From contig OZ237739.1 of the NCBI GenBank assembly GCA_965178125.1, positions 310,001 through 374,000 on the forward strand: DNA of 64,000 bases, read 5' to 3'. The notes beneath the pieces were generated by a model that was not told the DNA's origin, did not search any database, and was given only the letters and a program-made list of their open reading frames with translations. Below are positions 36,590-50,817 of this stretch, piece by piece (the stretch's first letter is position 1; every line of letters starts with the position of its first letter). The stretch comes from Bilabrum cf. latius. Lineage: Eukaryota. Made by a program: the position numbers and the translations under genes.

Positions 36590-39500
36590 ATGCCACGGTT
36601 ACGGACTTCTCACGCGCCAACAGACGCAGAGCTGCAAGCTCTGGCTCTGGTTGTGATCCGGCGGTCGGGTGCCTCATTCAGCGATGTGCAGGTCCTTTCC
36701 ATTGCGTATGGCTACAAGGCCCGCGTCCATTAGCTCAAAGATTTCATCATCAAGTCCAAGGACATGCGCGATGACGAGTACGGTGAGCCAGTGTGGCTGC
36801 CCGGCGACTGTGCACCGTAACTGACAAGATGCACAGCCCGAATCTGTGCATCTTGTGCGGTTGATGCTACCGCCGCGCTCTCCAGCGAAATATAGAATTG
36901 TACTCGTCAAATTTATTTCGTTTTATGCCCTTTTGGGAGGTAGTCTGCCGCTGACCGTTCAACGATTCGTACGCACCGATGTCCAACGACTCGACTCTAT
37001 TGCTTCGCAGACCGGCTCGTGTTGTGCGCTGATGAAAAGGATATTATTGTAGATAGGAGTCTGCCTTAGGTTTGGTCAGAAGAGATATCCAGAGAGATGC
37101 AGAGAAAGGCGTGGATTATCGAAACCCACAGGGACCACCTCGAACGTCAGCAGTGGAGACGAGTTGCAGCGGGGGCTAGAAAACGGTAGTCAGACACTTG
37201 GAATGCATTAAATGAGCACGCTGAGTATGTTGCGAGGGCTGCATTCCCTCGAAGGCGGCGCACGCGGGGGCCTCGAATGGAACCTGGGGCAGCAGGGCAC
37301 CTGTCGGCGGCCTGGACGCAAGGGGGTAGTGGAGTTGCCAGCGGCGCCAGCACGGTGCAACTGCCAAGCCTCCCGAATCAACAGGCAAATGGGCAAGCCC
37401 AAAGCTCCGGAACCGTCGCAAGAGACGCTGCCCCGCAGCGCCAAGCCACGCGGTTTGCCTCGGCGCCAAACGCCAGGCTCGCCGACAGGTAGCAGCACCC
37501 GAGGTTGCCCATGCCCCGTGTGGCGCGAAGCGCCGTAGCAATATCGAAAGAAGGATCCTTTGCAGCAGCCCAGAGGGCCGGGGCGGCCCCCAGCACTTGG
37601 TCTCCGGATGGGACCGAGACTGGCGTTCCGCACGAGAATCTACCCAATGACGGGGTCCATTCGATTGCACAGCCCCTGCACGGGGGGGGCGGCAATCGAT
37701 CTGCGGGCGATGGAGCGCCACGCAGTGCTGCAGATGCGAGTGCCTTATCGGTTCTACGGGATTCTGAATTCGGGAGCGCCGCCCCTGGTTACGCAGGCCG
37801 CGGGTAGGGTTAGGAGGATGAGGATGACGAGGCCACGAGGCGGGGGTCGAGGCGGAGGCGGGCGGACTAGCGGGGGCAGGGAAGTGCCATCAACAGCTCC
37901 GTCAGCGCTTCCATGGCGGAAGGGGCGAGCCAGGTGATCATTGAAGGCGCCAGCGATGGCGGTTCCTTCGTGTCGCCCCGGAGGCCCGGTTCTCAGCAAG
38001 CCCCGCAGGTCCTCCGCACTGGGTCCTCGGCGACCGCGGCGACGGCTTCGGGCATCGGCTTGCAGAACATGGGGTCGCGCACGGGCTCTATGGCGACCGC
38101 GGCGACGGCTTCGGGCATCGGCTTGCAGAACATGGGGTCGCGCACGGGCTCTATGGCGACCGCCGCGTCCGCCTCGGGTGTCGGGCTGCAGTACGCTGGG
38201 TCGCGCACGAGCTCTATGGCCTCAGGCATGGGCAGCTCTATGCGAAAGAACAGCAGCAGCGTCTCTGGGGCCCGTTCCCGATTCGGTGCCTCCAGCTCCG
38301 CCTCCCTCTCACGCCAGGAACAGGACCCGTCCTCGGCTGGCAGGAGGCCAACGCTTGGGGGTTTGCAGGCCGTGATGGAGGCGGGTTCGGAGGTAGCGGG
38401 GGCTGGAACCGCCGAGTCTGGATCTGCGACAGGCTCTGGATCGGGCACTGGCACAGGAAGTGGGTCCGCAGAACGAGGTCTCGGTCTCGGACCTGGGCCT
38501 AGCACCGCCGGCGTCAGGGCCCCTGGGCCCGCCCTCGGAGGCACCAGCACCGCGAGTTCCACCGAAGCGGCTGGGTCCCTGCTGATGGAGCGAGGCGGGG
38601 CCATGCGGACGGCCAGCAGCGGCACCAGTGTGACGAGCGGTCGGCGCAGGGGAAAGCGGTCGGCTGCCGTGTCGCCCATGCCGGGCGTACGCGACGTGGA
38701 TGGGATGGGCAGCCACTCGAGCGCCCGCGTGGTCGGTGCTGGCAGGTCGGAAGGGCCCGAGCCGGAGCCCTCCGACTCGGGCCGGCATAGTTCCAGCGCC
38801 TCTGGAGGCAGACCGAGCATGCACGCCACACTGGAGGAGCATGAGGACGTCGGGGTGCGCTGGAAGGTCCCCGCCGACGTGCTTCGCGTGATGACGCCGC
38901 TGGACCCGTGGGGCAGAGTGGTGCTCGACCCGTCCTTCGAGCTGGAGAGGTTAAGGCACGGAGCGGTGCTGACCTACTTTATGCTTACCAAGCCATCTGC
39001 CACGGAGTCCGAGCTCACGGCAGCCTATAACTACAAGCAGAAGCGGCAGGGGATGCACGGAAGCGTGGGCGCGCACGAGCAGGACCTCGACGCGATCCCC
39101 CAGCTGCTGCACGTTGACGTGGATGGACTGGACGAGTGGACTACGGATGAAGAGGATAGCGACAAGGACGATGATGGCGATGACAGCAAGGTTGAGGGCG
39201 AAGACAATGGGGGCGGCAAGGGTCGGGGCGGCAGGGACGGTGGCGCCGGTGCTACTGCTGCTGCTGCTGCTGCTGATGGATAGCCTGGTAGGGGGGCAGC
39301 CAAGCGTGCGTCTCGAGCGGCGAGCCGCCCCCCCTCTACAGCGGAGCAGCCGAGAATGCCTCGCGGGTCGCAACACGGTGCCAATGGACACAGTCCTGGC
39401 CTGCGCCACGCCCCGCCCCCTAGCTAGCAGCTGGGAGCGATGGACGCACAGCCCGATGGGAGAGCATCAGGCATGGGCACGGGAGGACACGTCGCTGGAT

Positions 39501-42500
39501 CGGACCGCTCAGTGATCGAGCCCGCGGGGGGTGGAAACTCGGTCGCCATGTTGGGTGGGCAGGACGCAGCCAACATGGCAGCGGATCCAGACGCAGCCGC
39601 CGAGGACGCTGCGATGTGCCGCCGCGGCGGGAGGTAGCAGCAGACAACGACGGGAGCCGCCTCCAGCAGCGCCGAGATCCCAGCAGCCTCTTTGCGGCAC
39701 CGTGGGATCATACACGGGTCTTCACAGGATCGAACCGGCCAGCAGGGCAGCGAGGGCTCCGCGATTTCGTCCAAGGGAGGCAGCAGGCAGGGGCAGGGGC
39801 AGGGGCAGGGGGGCGGCTCCAGGCCACCGACGGTGCCCCCGCCCGGCGGCTCCGACATCGAGGTGGATCGGATGGATCCCGTGCAGGAGATGGAGGAGCG
39901 CGAGACCGACACTGGGCTCGAGCACGACCGCAGCGCTACGTCCCTGGCCCAGACTGGGGTAGGTGGGGAGGCTGCGAAAGGGGGTCACAAGCTGGGCGGA
40001 GTGGCTGCCCTCAGCAAGAGCGGTGTTCATGGCAGTAGCCGAACGACGGTGCCCCGGCTGGACATGGGTCGTGCCGCCCTGGCGCACTCCGGGGAGATGG
40101 CGCAGGACGTTGGCGACACGCTCGACGGGAGCGCGCCCCAACTCGTTAGTAAGCACAACGAACCGCACTGGTAGGCGCAGCAGCTGCAGCAACAGCAGCT
40201 GGGGGCCGTACCTGAGCCCGAGACGCATGAGCAGGACATGCAGGGACAAGAGCAAGAGAGGCGAGGCGGGCGTCCGCAGTAGTTGCCGCATGCTGACAGC
40301 CACACCGAGCCTGCAGCCGGTGATGGCCTCGAACCATCGGCGCACTTGCCGCAGCAAGCTGTGGAGCACCACGACGACCAGAACAGGCAGTTCGAGAGAC
40401 ATGAGCAAGCCAACGGCGGGGAGCCGCGCGTGGAGCCCAAGCCGGGCCCTGGCACCGCTGTCGGTACGCTGGCGCACCACTAGACGGCAAGCACCGTCGT
40501 GTCCCTGCCTCGCGGGCCGCAGACCTCGATGAACACCACGCAGATGCTGCAGAACAGCTTTGTTGCCCGCGCCAGGAACGAGTCGGGTGGGGCCATCCCC
40601 ATGGGTGCGCAGTCCTCTCCAAGGCAGGCCCACGGGCGCGCCACGGAGAGGCCGCAGCACCGCAACCTGCAGGAAGCCGACCCGGACCCGAGGCTGCCCC
40701 GGCACGGTGCCTCTGGCACAGTGGCATCCTCAAGCCAGGCGGACGACGAGGAGGACGAAGAAGAGGAAGACCAGCCTGCTCTGGAAGCCAAGGACATGTA
40801 CGCCCTGTCTGGGCTCCCGCTTTCGGCTTCCCGGCTTGCGGCGCTGTTCGATGAGGGCGCCACTGCCCCCGGTGGCTCCTTATCTGCGAGGATCAGGGAC
40901 GGTGCCCCGCTTGAGCTCGCCGCCTTTGCCGTTCCAAGGCACCTGGAGGAAGCCAAGGCGGCCCTACGACGGAGGAGGCAGTCCGTGCGGGACTACCAGG
41001 CCCAGGCCCAGCAGGCCGCGAAGCTTCGCTCCATGGCTTCCATGAGGAGGGACCGGAGGGGCAGCGACGGCGGCGATTTCCACGAGGAGGTGCATCGGTT
41101 CTCGCTCAAGAAGGACCTCGGGCTGGAGGACGAGGAGGACGCTGAGGACTGGATGGGCCTGGGGTCGGGGGAGTAGCACGCGGGCGGGCAGGGTGTCGCC
41201 CGCAGGGTGGCTTCGATGGCGCCTCATGCTCAGGGTGCCGTTGGTGAGGGGCCGCGAGGGGCGTCCCATGCAGAATCGCAGGCACAGGGGCGGTCAGACT
41301 AGCGTAGAAGTCTCGTTCCGGCGAGCATGCGGCGACTCTCATCCGCGTTGGGTCGCCGCGGCTCCATTCAGGACATTGGAAAGTTCGCCATGCCCGACAG
41401 TCTCCCGCTCGCCATGGAAACCCACCGCACGCCCCAGACGCATGTCACGGGACTGGGTGTTGTGCCTCCCGAATCCGACCTGGTGCTGGACCTGCTGCAA
41501 CCTGAGGTGGCGGTGATTCGCGGAGGCAAGCGCATGGACAACTTCGCCAAGCGGATCGTAGAAAAGCAGCAGGCCGAGGAGCTGGACAGGCGCGACGTGG
41601 GCGCGACCTGCCTCGCGTTCCTGGAGTTCCTAGGGTGGGCCGAGGGCGACGAGCATGCCGCGCTCGGGGCCCAGTCGTCCGTCGAGAGCTCGGCGGAGCT
41701 CAGCCCGGAGGAGAAGCAGAGGCGGCTAGTTCGCCGTCCCGCGCGGCGACGAGAGTACGGGTGGCTGGAGCGGTCCGCAGACGCATTCGCCCCGAAATCG
41801 CCCGAGGATCTGACGTGGGCGCTGCAGCAGCTGCAAAGGCTGGAGCGCATGACGGAGCCGAGGCATCTTGACAAGGCGTTTCCCCGCGCCTCCACGGCGG
41901 CTGCGCCCGCTGTCCGGACCGCCGCTGTGCCGGTGCCGCCGCCGCCTGTGGGAGCGAGAGCAACCGCGCCGGGCTAGATGCAAGCCATGGCACCGCCACC
42001 GCTGCCCGCTCAGAGCGCAATCACCATCCCCATGGCACCATCGGGCGTGCTGTCGGTGCGCTGGAACGTGAAGCAAGCCCTGAAGGACTACGCTGAGGGC
42101 CTGTACTGGCGGGCCCGCAACTCTGGAGTGCGGTGGCACTTCAATCCCAGGAGAGCGATGCCCAGCATGCAGATATACAGGCTGGGCAGGCACCACGTCG
42201 TCAACGGCTGGATCAACGTGAGCTCTGCTCTGCTGCTGGTGGCGGCCGCAGCGGCAAAGGGTACTGCAGGGACCAACGGCTCCGCGCCTGCAAACCGCTC
42301 GGGCGAGTCGGTCAGGCACGCCCACGCCCTGGCGCGCAATCCGTCCATCTCGAGCAAGCGCGCCTCGGCGAGGCATCGCTCCATCGAATCGGACCAGAGA
42401 CAGCGCTCCACCTCCATGCAGGCGGGGCAGGACCCGCTGATACAAGCACCCAGGCCCACGGGGATCCGCATGGTGGGCAGCTCGCCCGCCTCTGTCGCCA

Positions 42501-43600
42501 CCGACATCTCAGCGATGGAGATGTCCCACTGGAAGTCCTCTGCCAGGCTCAAGGGCTGCTGGCAGGAAGACGTCGCGCTGGATTCTGGTGTCGTGCTGAC
42601 GCCCGAGATGCACGCTCGCGAGGTACTCACCGGCCTGTACTGGGGCTCCATCGCCATGTCGCATGACCTCCGGTCTGCCACCCTGGACCTGTGGCTCAAG
42701 ACCGCGGGTATCAGGGAACAAGGGGGCTGGATCGACGAGGACTCGCTAGGGAGCGAGGGGCAGCGGCAGGGACAGCAAGACCAGTTGCAGCCGCAGAATC
42801 AAAGCGCGGGACGGGGAACATCCTCGGCAGTATGGAAGAATAGCATCCGCGAGTCCACTAGAGCTGGGCAGCCCGGGAAGGCCAGGCAGCCGATGGTCAT
42901 GGCGGGCCCAGCTGCGGGGGAGTTCTTGTATCCCGACGATGGTCGCGGTCGCGGCCATGACCACGAGGACGACAGGGACTTGCAGAGCCTCGGAATCGTT
43001 CGAAAGGGCCGGGGCAAGGGAGTTGCCTCGGGCAAGAGGCTGCAGGAGCTCCGGCAAGTGCGTCCCTCCCTGGAGCATCCCCTTCCTCACGAGCAGCAGC
43101 AGCAGGGCCACCGCGAGAGCAGCAGAGAGGACCGGCAGGGGGAGGGTGGGTCGTCCTCTCAGACGCAGCAGCAGGAGCCCGCAGTGATGGCGAATGCCAA
43201 GCTGCTGGGCTCGAACGACAGGGGCACGGGCAGCCGAGGCATGGTGTCGGTGCGGACACCCTCGGGCAGGCCAGAGGCAGCAGCTCCAGACGCAGCCAAC
43301 AAGTGGGAAGTTAGCGGTCTCATCCGGCAGGTTCAGATGCTGCCTCGGCTGCCGAAACCCAAGACGAAGCGGTGCGGCCGGCCCATGGTGTTTATGCCAC
43401 AGCTCGCGCGCTCGGTCAAGGTGATGCAGTACGAGGGATGTGACGTTGCGACCGAGTAGTCGCTGCTCGCCTACCGGATCACCAGACCCAAGGCTCTCTG
43501 GATGTCCAAGATGTATTTGGCAAAGCAGGAGCACGATCGCTCGCTGCAGCTGGAGACAGAGCCGGACTGCAATAGCCACCAGGCGACGGTTCAAGGGTGA
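36590..43600 (+). CDS. Hypothetical giant low-complexity protein, probably with two short 5' introns
   Basis: ATG at 36590, with probable introns starting at about 36783 (GTGAGC) and about 36940. After these, ORFs 37277, 37505, 37913, 39440, 39692, 40283, 40499, 41327 and 41978 are all in one frame linked by TAG, ending TGA-TGA at 43598-43603. Confidence 0.6.
38030..38218 (+). repeat. 63-bp coding tandem repeat (2 near-perfect copies + 1 degenerate)
   Basis: ATAATASGIGLQNMGSRTGSM occurs twice, followed by ATAASASGVGLQYAGSRTSSM. Confidence 0.85.
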
Positions 43601-43797
43601 TGAAGTGTCGGATATTTGCGAGACAATGATCTGAATGGAGCTTTAAATAGACTTTATGAATCGCGTGTTCCCCCTTGTGCCTCGCTTCGATAGCGCGCAG
43701 GGCCAAGCTTTAAGCTCTGCGACCTCAGAGTTGGTTAGTAAGATGAAGACCGCGGCCGGTTTCGGGCCCGCGGTCGCCGAACTACTTTCGTGCAATT

Positions 43798-45660
43798 ATG
43801 AGCGACCGCATCGGCTCGGATGGAAAGCCTATGCTACCACCACTTATATTTAATGAATCAAAGGTACGAGGCGTTGAATTAGAGGCAGACGGTGGACTCG
43901 GTCTCGCGAAGGCGGCCCCTTTGCCGCAAGCAACTTCCGCCCGAGAGAGGTACGCTGGAAACGGGCTGGTTTCCGTGCTGGACAAGTTTGAACCGGTCGG
44001 AACAGGCAGTACTTCGGGATCAGTTAGTGCTCGGCCTGCTGGCTCCACGTTTCGTTCACGCATTCCAGCTCGAAGAACCGTTAAGGTTGCTGAGGTCCGC
44101 GGCAACAAGAGCTTCAACCTGAATCGAGCCGTCGAAATACAGAAAGAGAACGGAAGGCTGCTACAGCGTCTCTAGGAGATACAGAACCGGGGCAGTCATG
44201 CAGCGCCGGCTCCATGCAGCGCTAGAGGTACTCTGGCTAGTATTCCGGGCATGGCAAGCAGCGGACCAAGGCAGCCCTGGCAGCGCAAGCGAGGAGAGTC
44301 GGGGACTTCCAGCCGTAGCACCGCTCGGACATCAGAATCGTATGGCAGCGGCAGAGGCACCGGTGCTGCGAGGAGGCCGTGGGCTTCCCCGATCAAGGGA
44401 GCGGGTGCGGCTGCGGTCACGAGGGGGCACCCGGCACCGCCGTCTGGCCCAAGCCCGCACGTGCCACTGGCAGGGGCACGATTCCAAGGAGCCGGCAGAA
44501 TCAAGCATCGCTCCCGCAGGCCCTCTGCCCGCATGACGTAGCAGGCAATGCGCCACCGGGCCATCGAAGAAGAGAACGTCCGCCTCTACATGCGAATCCA
44601 CTCGGTCAAGACGAGCATCCCGGAGCCGGGGGCCGCCCCCCAACCAGAGGGCGGATTTCAAGGGGGTGCTACGCGTATGGGCCACCACGGACACGCGCCC
44701 ATGCTGAGCACAAACCGGAAGTAGGGGCCCCTGCACCAGGACGAGCGTGTGTCGGGCACCAAGCCGCACCACGCCAGGGGGGGATCCACGGCTGGTCCCC
44801 GCGCGGCGAAGAGGAGGCAAAGGGTCGCGCAGCAGTGGAAGAGCAGCAGGGGCAGCGGCATGGATGCCAGTACTACTGGTAATAGGACCATCAAGGCATC
44901 CCCAGTGGCTGTGAACCTTCAATCCAGGTCACCACGTGTGCTTGCGATGGGGCGCTAGGAAGGCCAGGCTCAGGGCACAACAGGCGCAGGCTAGGGTGAG
45001 CGCGGCGGATCGGCCGGCGGGGTGAGCAAGCAAGTGCTCCGAGAGGCTGTGCCCGGCCTGTCAGGCAATGATGACCCGCTCGAGGCACTCCGTAGGCTGA
45101 GGCAAATCCCGCTGCCGGGGACAGCCATGGGCAAAGGCGCAGGAAGTGGTGCTGGCACTGGTGGCACCAGTCCCTCCCGCATCCCCCTGCCTGGCCATTT
45201 CTAGATTGCATCACCGAGAGCTGCCGTCGAAAATCGATCGGCAGCGAGCACGAATCTAGCGAGCAAAGCGCAGCCGAAACAGGCAGTTGACATTCCAATT
45301 GCGGGGCGAAGAGCGGGCAAGCGGCCCTCTCTCGTCCCCGCAGGATAGCAGCGGGCGCCTGTGGCTGTAAGCATCGGTGCGGATACCAGCCAGCTGCGGA
45401 AGTCTCTAGAGGGCCGGAAACCGCTAGCCGGTGCCGGTGCTCGGCTCTTCTCCCCCATGGGTGATGTTGCAAGCTCGGCTGCCAAAAAGAACGCAGGCAG
45501 GCGGAGGCGCAGCTCTGGGCTCGAGCATGCGACGGTGTCAGGAGGCGTGGCAGCTGCAGGCACGGGAGGAAGTGTACCATCCAAGGATGCCCCAAGCGGG
45601 ATGGATGCGTTAGACAAGCTAATAACATAGAAAGCGGATGAGATAGCTGCAATAAGTTGA
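43798..45660 (+). CDS. CFAP97/Hemingway (KIAA1430)-like ciliary coiled-coil protein
   Basis: Two characteristic motifs, RAVEIQKENGRLLQRL*EI and *QAMRHRAIEEENVRLYMRIHSVK, are in frame only through TAG. Ends TGA 45658-45660. Confidence 0.6.
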
Positions 45661-45725
45661 GTGCGGAGAGATTTGACGTTCGAGGATTCAATCAAGTCGA
45701 CAAGAAGTTCGTGAGCTATGCTCGC

Positions 45726-46154
45726 TCACCCCAAAACTCCTCTCGGTTTCCGTTTGTGCATAACTCCCTGCCCATACACAGCATGCTTATGCCGTTCAAT
45801 TCGGGAAAGATCATCCCACTTCATTTTGCTGGCCATCAGCGCTGCTAGCCGCAGCACTCGCAACCTCCTGCTCTCGTGGTGCCTCACGTCCGTGCTCGAA
45901 GTTGGAAGCTGGGTCGGATACACCCGGCCGTTCGATAGCTTGGCAGTTATGGATCGCTCGGATGCATGATCCAGCACGCGCTCGCTGCTAATGCTCTCTC
46001 CACCATACCTGGTTGCGAACGTCTCCGAGCTTATGCAAGCTCCCGTGTCGTCCACAAGCGAGTGGCACATGCTTGCGGGTATCTTAACAGCTTTCGGATC
46101 AAACTCTTTACTTAATTCTTGCATTATGGTCGCGGGTGTGAGCTTTCGTTCCAT
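45726..46154 (-). CDS. Small hypothetical protein
   Basis: A 142-aa ATG-to-TGA ORF that fills the gap between two genes. No domain recognised. Confidence 0.35.
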   Translation of the reverse strand: MERKLTPATIMQELSKEFDPKAVKIPASMCHSLVDDTGACISSETFATRYGGESISSERVLDHASERSITAKLSNGRVYPTQLPTSSTDVRHHESRRLRVLRLAALMASKMKWDDLSRIERHKHAVYGQGVMHKRKPRGVLG

Positions 46155-46316
46155 AATTGGCCGAGATATGACGGTCCGCTCTCACAGTGCTCGCCTCAAT
46201 TCCATGGTCGCAATCTGTGGTCGCAACAAGAATGCGAGTGCTTCGGCTGCCAGTCAATCGCGCATTGAGACTCTAAGCGCGAGCCCACATCAAATACTTT
46301 AAAAGCAATCAACAAG

Positions 46317-49237
46317 TTACACGCCCGTTGCTTCCTAGCCTGACCTTGCCGATGCAGATGGAGTTGGTTCGCTCGCACCCGCCCTTGCTGCGCCAGGGCG
46401 CACGCCGGCCACCGCGCCGATGGAGACCATGCCACCAGCAGCAAAACCAAGCCCTCCGTCCGCCGAAATGTCGTCTTCCTCCGGCTTGAAGGGAAGCTCC
46501 ACGTGGCTGCCAAACTCCGCCCGGCATATGGGGCAGGCCTGCAGCCTTTCGAAGCAGTCAGGACACACGCAGCAGTGCCGGCAAGGGAGAAGCGCGATGG
46601 AGCTAGGGGCGCACATGCAAATGGTGCATTCGTGCTCATCGTCGTCCTACTCCTCCTCGCCATCACTTCCGCTATCGCTGCCGCCACTCTTGGCAGGAGA
46701 AACAGACCAGACCCCTGCCGCTCTCCGGGCAGCATCTCGAGCAGCGTTCCGGATCTCCAGCGGGGGCTTGTACGCGAAAATCTCCTCGACGAAGTACGCC
46801 GTGTCTCGGGTGGCGCACAGCGTCTCTGCGGTAAACACCATCACGCGATGCGCCCGTTGCCGCCGCCTGTTTCGCTGACCAGCGGCTGAGGCCCCGCCGC
46901 TGCCACCCAGACCCGCGCCCGAATCGGCAGCAACCGCGACTTGGTCCCTGGCAGCCTCCTGCCCCGCTGCACCCTCCTCATGGGCCCTTCCACCGCCTTC
47001 AACGTGAGCATAGCCCCCCACACCATCTGCTGCCTGTGGCCCGGCCTCGCCCATGACACCACCCCCCCCTGCCTCGTTGTTCTCTCCGTCCCCGTGCTCA
47101 TCCACGCCAACAGGCTCGCCGCCGCCAGCGGCAGCGGGCCGATCTCGAGCGGCCGTCCGATCCATGAAGCAGTCGATCACAGCCACGCTCAGCACGACGG
47201 AGGAACTGACCTACACCCCCCGCCGACTCGCACCACCGTGCGATGCACCCGCACCGGAGGAGTCCGTCGAATGGAGGCACAGCACGGCGGGAAACCGGCC
47301 TGAGTGCCGCCGGTCGACCCACTCGTGCGATCGGAGCAGCTCGTGAGGCATCCACGCGCGGATCCGGATCCTCCCGTCATCATGCACCGACAAGACCTCC
47401 ACTCCGCCGGGGGCGGGCAGCACCTCCTTGCCAGCAGGGGCAGGCGGCTCGGAGGCTCCACCTGCTCCCCCGTTGGCCCCGCCGCTAACGCCGTCTGCAG
47501 CGCCTGCCTCCCCCTCTCCCCGGGTTTCGCTGTCCCCCCCGCTGCTAGAACCGGCACCCGTGCCAGCACCTCTGCCTGCATCATTGCCGGTGTTGGCGCT
47601 AGTGCCAGCAGCGGTCGCCTGTGCATCCCCTGCCGCATGGCTGTTGCTGCCCGCACCGCCCCCGTCCCCCCCCTCGTCCTCCCCCTCACCCTCCTCGTCT
47701 GGAATAGCCGCTCCCAGCTGCCCGGGCGACAGTAGCACAGGACCCGATATCGCCACGCAGTCATCATGCCCTACACCGAACACTGTTCCCCGCAGCCACC
47801 CGGGCAACTCGCGCCAGGCAGCATCTTCAGCCCTCCCGTGACTGCCCCCAGCAGCCACTGCCATCGTGCTGCTCACGTCGTCGGGACGCACGAAAGGGGC
47901 ACTTGAATCTCGCCAGCCCTCCGGCTGACCCGAACCCCCGGCTTCCTGCCCTGCAGCAGCAGCAGCAGCAGCAGACGTGGAGACGTGGGCCAGCTCAACC
48001 GATACCTCCCCGCCCTCCACAGGGTCTCGAGCACTGTTCTGCGCCAAACCGCCTCCACCGGACGCCAATGCAGCAGCAGAAGCAGCAGCTCCTCCTCCAT
48101 CCTCGTCCTCGTCCTCCAGCCCCCCATGCTGGGCCAGCCGCAGCGGAGCGATGGCAGCGACTGACCCCGCGCTCGACCGCCGGCCATTGCCCTAACCACC
48201 TCTGCCGCCGCTGGACCCCGAAGCCACTGGCAGCAAGCTGACGTGCTCGGGCTGCAGGTAGTACCCCGGCTCCCCTCGCCATGCCGCATCTCGCTGCGCA
48301 AACGTGCCCAATAGGAGGCTGCGCTGGGGGCGGGCCGCTTGGTAGAGTGGCGCGCCCGGGCCTGGGCCCTCCCTTGCGGGGACTGCTCGGAGGACGGTCG
48401 TGCTCTTGACCCCGCCGCCTCGACGCGGAGGGGGGCCCAGTGTCTTGCTAGCGGTGAATTGCGCGGTGCCGCCGCGCACGAGGTTCCGAATCAGCCCGAC
48501 CTTGGCGCCCCACGCTATGCTGAGAGCAATAGGAGGCAAGGGCTGTAAGAGAGCGCGGGTAGGGTTGGGCCCATCTGCCTAGTCTCGAAGGGCCTTGGCT
48601 GCTTGGACCAGGTGCTTCGGAAGCCTCACTTCTGCCTCGATGGCTGGCCATGACCGGAGGCTGCGCGAAGCGTCGGCTGCTGCTGCATCTGTCCGCTAGG
48701 CAGCGGCTGCCCGCCGCGAACGACTATTCGCTGACCTAGTGCTCAACATCCTCGCGGTCCACCTCCTATCCAGCTTGCGCATTGCAGTGAACGTGACCGA
48801 AGACGATGGCACCAACCTGACGTTCGCAAAACGTGCCGCAACAAGCGTAGATACCGCCGGTATCCCCTTGGTAGAGGTCTTGCCCTTAAGCACTCCTCTT
48901 AAAACACGTTTCGGTAATACAAACAGCTCGCTTAGCGTGTAGCCGGCACGCGGCACTACATATAGCTTCGCTTGATCCAAAGCTGCAAACGCCAGCACCG
49001 CAAGGGATGTGGACCAGATACACAGGACGGTACCAACGACAATGAAACCAATCATTATTATCATGGTCACATTGTGAGAGCCTGCGAGACCCAAACAAGG
49101 CCGGTATTTGGCATCGTCGTGCAATATCGGTTTCGTGTAGTAGTAGCTGTAATGTGGCTCCAAGACTCACCGGCGTCCTCTATCTCGGGATACAGGGGAT
49201 ACTAAAAGTTGATGTCAACGTCCGACAGTGAACTCAT
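46317..49237 (-). CDS. Membrane-anchored C3HC4 RING-finger E3 ligase (CGRRF1/MGRN1-like), 2 exons
   Basis: RING CTICMCAPSSIALLPCRHCCVCPDCFERLQACPICR, preceded by YFVEEIFA and an N-terminal TM (IIMIGFIVVGTVLCIW). Intron 49082-49170. Five ORFs are joined by TAG. Ends TAA 46317-46319. Confidence 0.75.
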
Positions 49238-49335
49238 CGTTAACCAAAGAGCATCGACAATGGCCGGAGCCGCAGAATTCCGAATTATAGTCTGGAAGTA
49301 CGCGGTACAATACAAAGTGAATTCTGCCCTTCACC

Positions 49336-50544
49336 ATGGGCGGTCGATACGTGCCAAACCTTGCGATGGACACTGAGCTGCTGACGGCATCGGCAGCAGG
49401 GCGTGTTGCTATGGGCCTGCTGGACCTGATCGAGTGTCCCTCGAAGAAGGGCCTTGATGTTGCGGCCAGGTTCATCCACCAGGGCCGATTCCTGCAGGGA
49501 CCACCAGTACAGACAGGCCCACTCGGGGCCGCGCTGGCACTGGGATTCAGGATCAAGATGGCAGGGTGGACCCAACGGATCGATGACGCGAAGGACTGGC
49601 TGGGATGCCAGGAGACTGCAAAAAAAGTCACAAAGTGGAGGAAATCCAAATCCGGAGCTGCTGACCGATCGTTCACAAGCCTGAGCCTGGGATGCTCGCA
49701 CGATCCGGCACTGTCGGATTGGGACCGGGAGAGAGCTGCGCTCGGAGTGGTCATGCTTAACCGGTACGCAACGAAGGGACGGTATGCCTTCGGACCAGGA
49801 GCCATGCCAACAGCAGCGGTGGTGCAGGAATACGGCCACCAAGGAAGACGAATTCTGCGCATCCGAGCTGGACAATACCCACAACAGGGCACGCCCAACC
49901 TTCAAGTGATGGGCACCGCGGTAGAGCAGATGGAGCGGGCCGAGCATGACCATCATGCCGGAACGAGACCGTGGCAACCCGATGATGCGGATCAGAATAG
50001 AGGGAGGTCCCCTGCCTCTCTCCGGAAAGCATGGGCGAAGACAGCTCTCGCTCAGGACCCTTGGGACGAGAAGCTGGAGCGCACCAGCAGGGCCAAGCCA
50101 ATCGTCGAAGACGCACTCACTCGGATAGAGCGTACGATTGCGCGGTCATCGGAACGGACAGCTGTCAAGGAGCTGGCCAACCGAGTGGTGCAGGTGATCA
50201 GGAACCAGCTGCGCTAGCAGGAGTAGCTGACGTGCAGGCAGTGGATGCGAGGCGATGCGGCGGCTGCTCTTGCCGCCACGGCCACGCAAGAGCTGATAGC
50301 GGCAACCAATGCGAACGCTCGGCTACAGCGACGGATGTTTAAGCCCCACGGCTTGCTAAGGGACATAGAGAGGCAATGGGCCAAAGGCATGAGCGCGTGC
50401 ATGCTAGCCTCTCTGAAGGACCGTGAGACGCAGAGACGGTCATGGAGGAGGAAATGGTGGGTCTCGGCAGGGGACCCTGATGTGGGACTGGACCGCGCTT
50501 TGTGCCGGGCACATGCTCCGCACCTGTATGCTTTCTCCCTGTGA
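49336..50544 (+). CDS. Hypothetical protein
   Basis: ORFs 49336-50217 and 50245-50544 are in one frame through two TAGs (RNQLR*QE*LT). Ends TGA. Confidence 0.55.
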
Positions 50545-50817
50545 AGGCATCAGGCTGAGGGCTTGTGGGGGACCATATTGATGGCGAATAAAGGGGACTC
50601 GGCGGTGTAGGCTGAGATTGGGGGGCCTTTGGCCTGAAAGGGTCGGGGGTCTTGTAGTCCTTGTTTGAGGACTCCTCTGGATTCAGGTGATCACTCGAAC
50701 TCCTTCGGGGGCAACGGTGCATCTGGGTGCTTGTGGAATCTTTACCCAACAATGTATTTCTGTATTTCTGTATTTTCTGCCCGGTTCATTTTATTTCGCC
50801 TTACACAACAGAACAAG

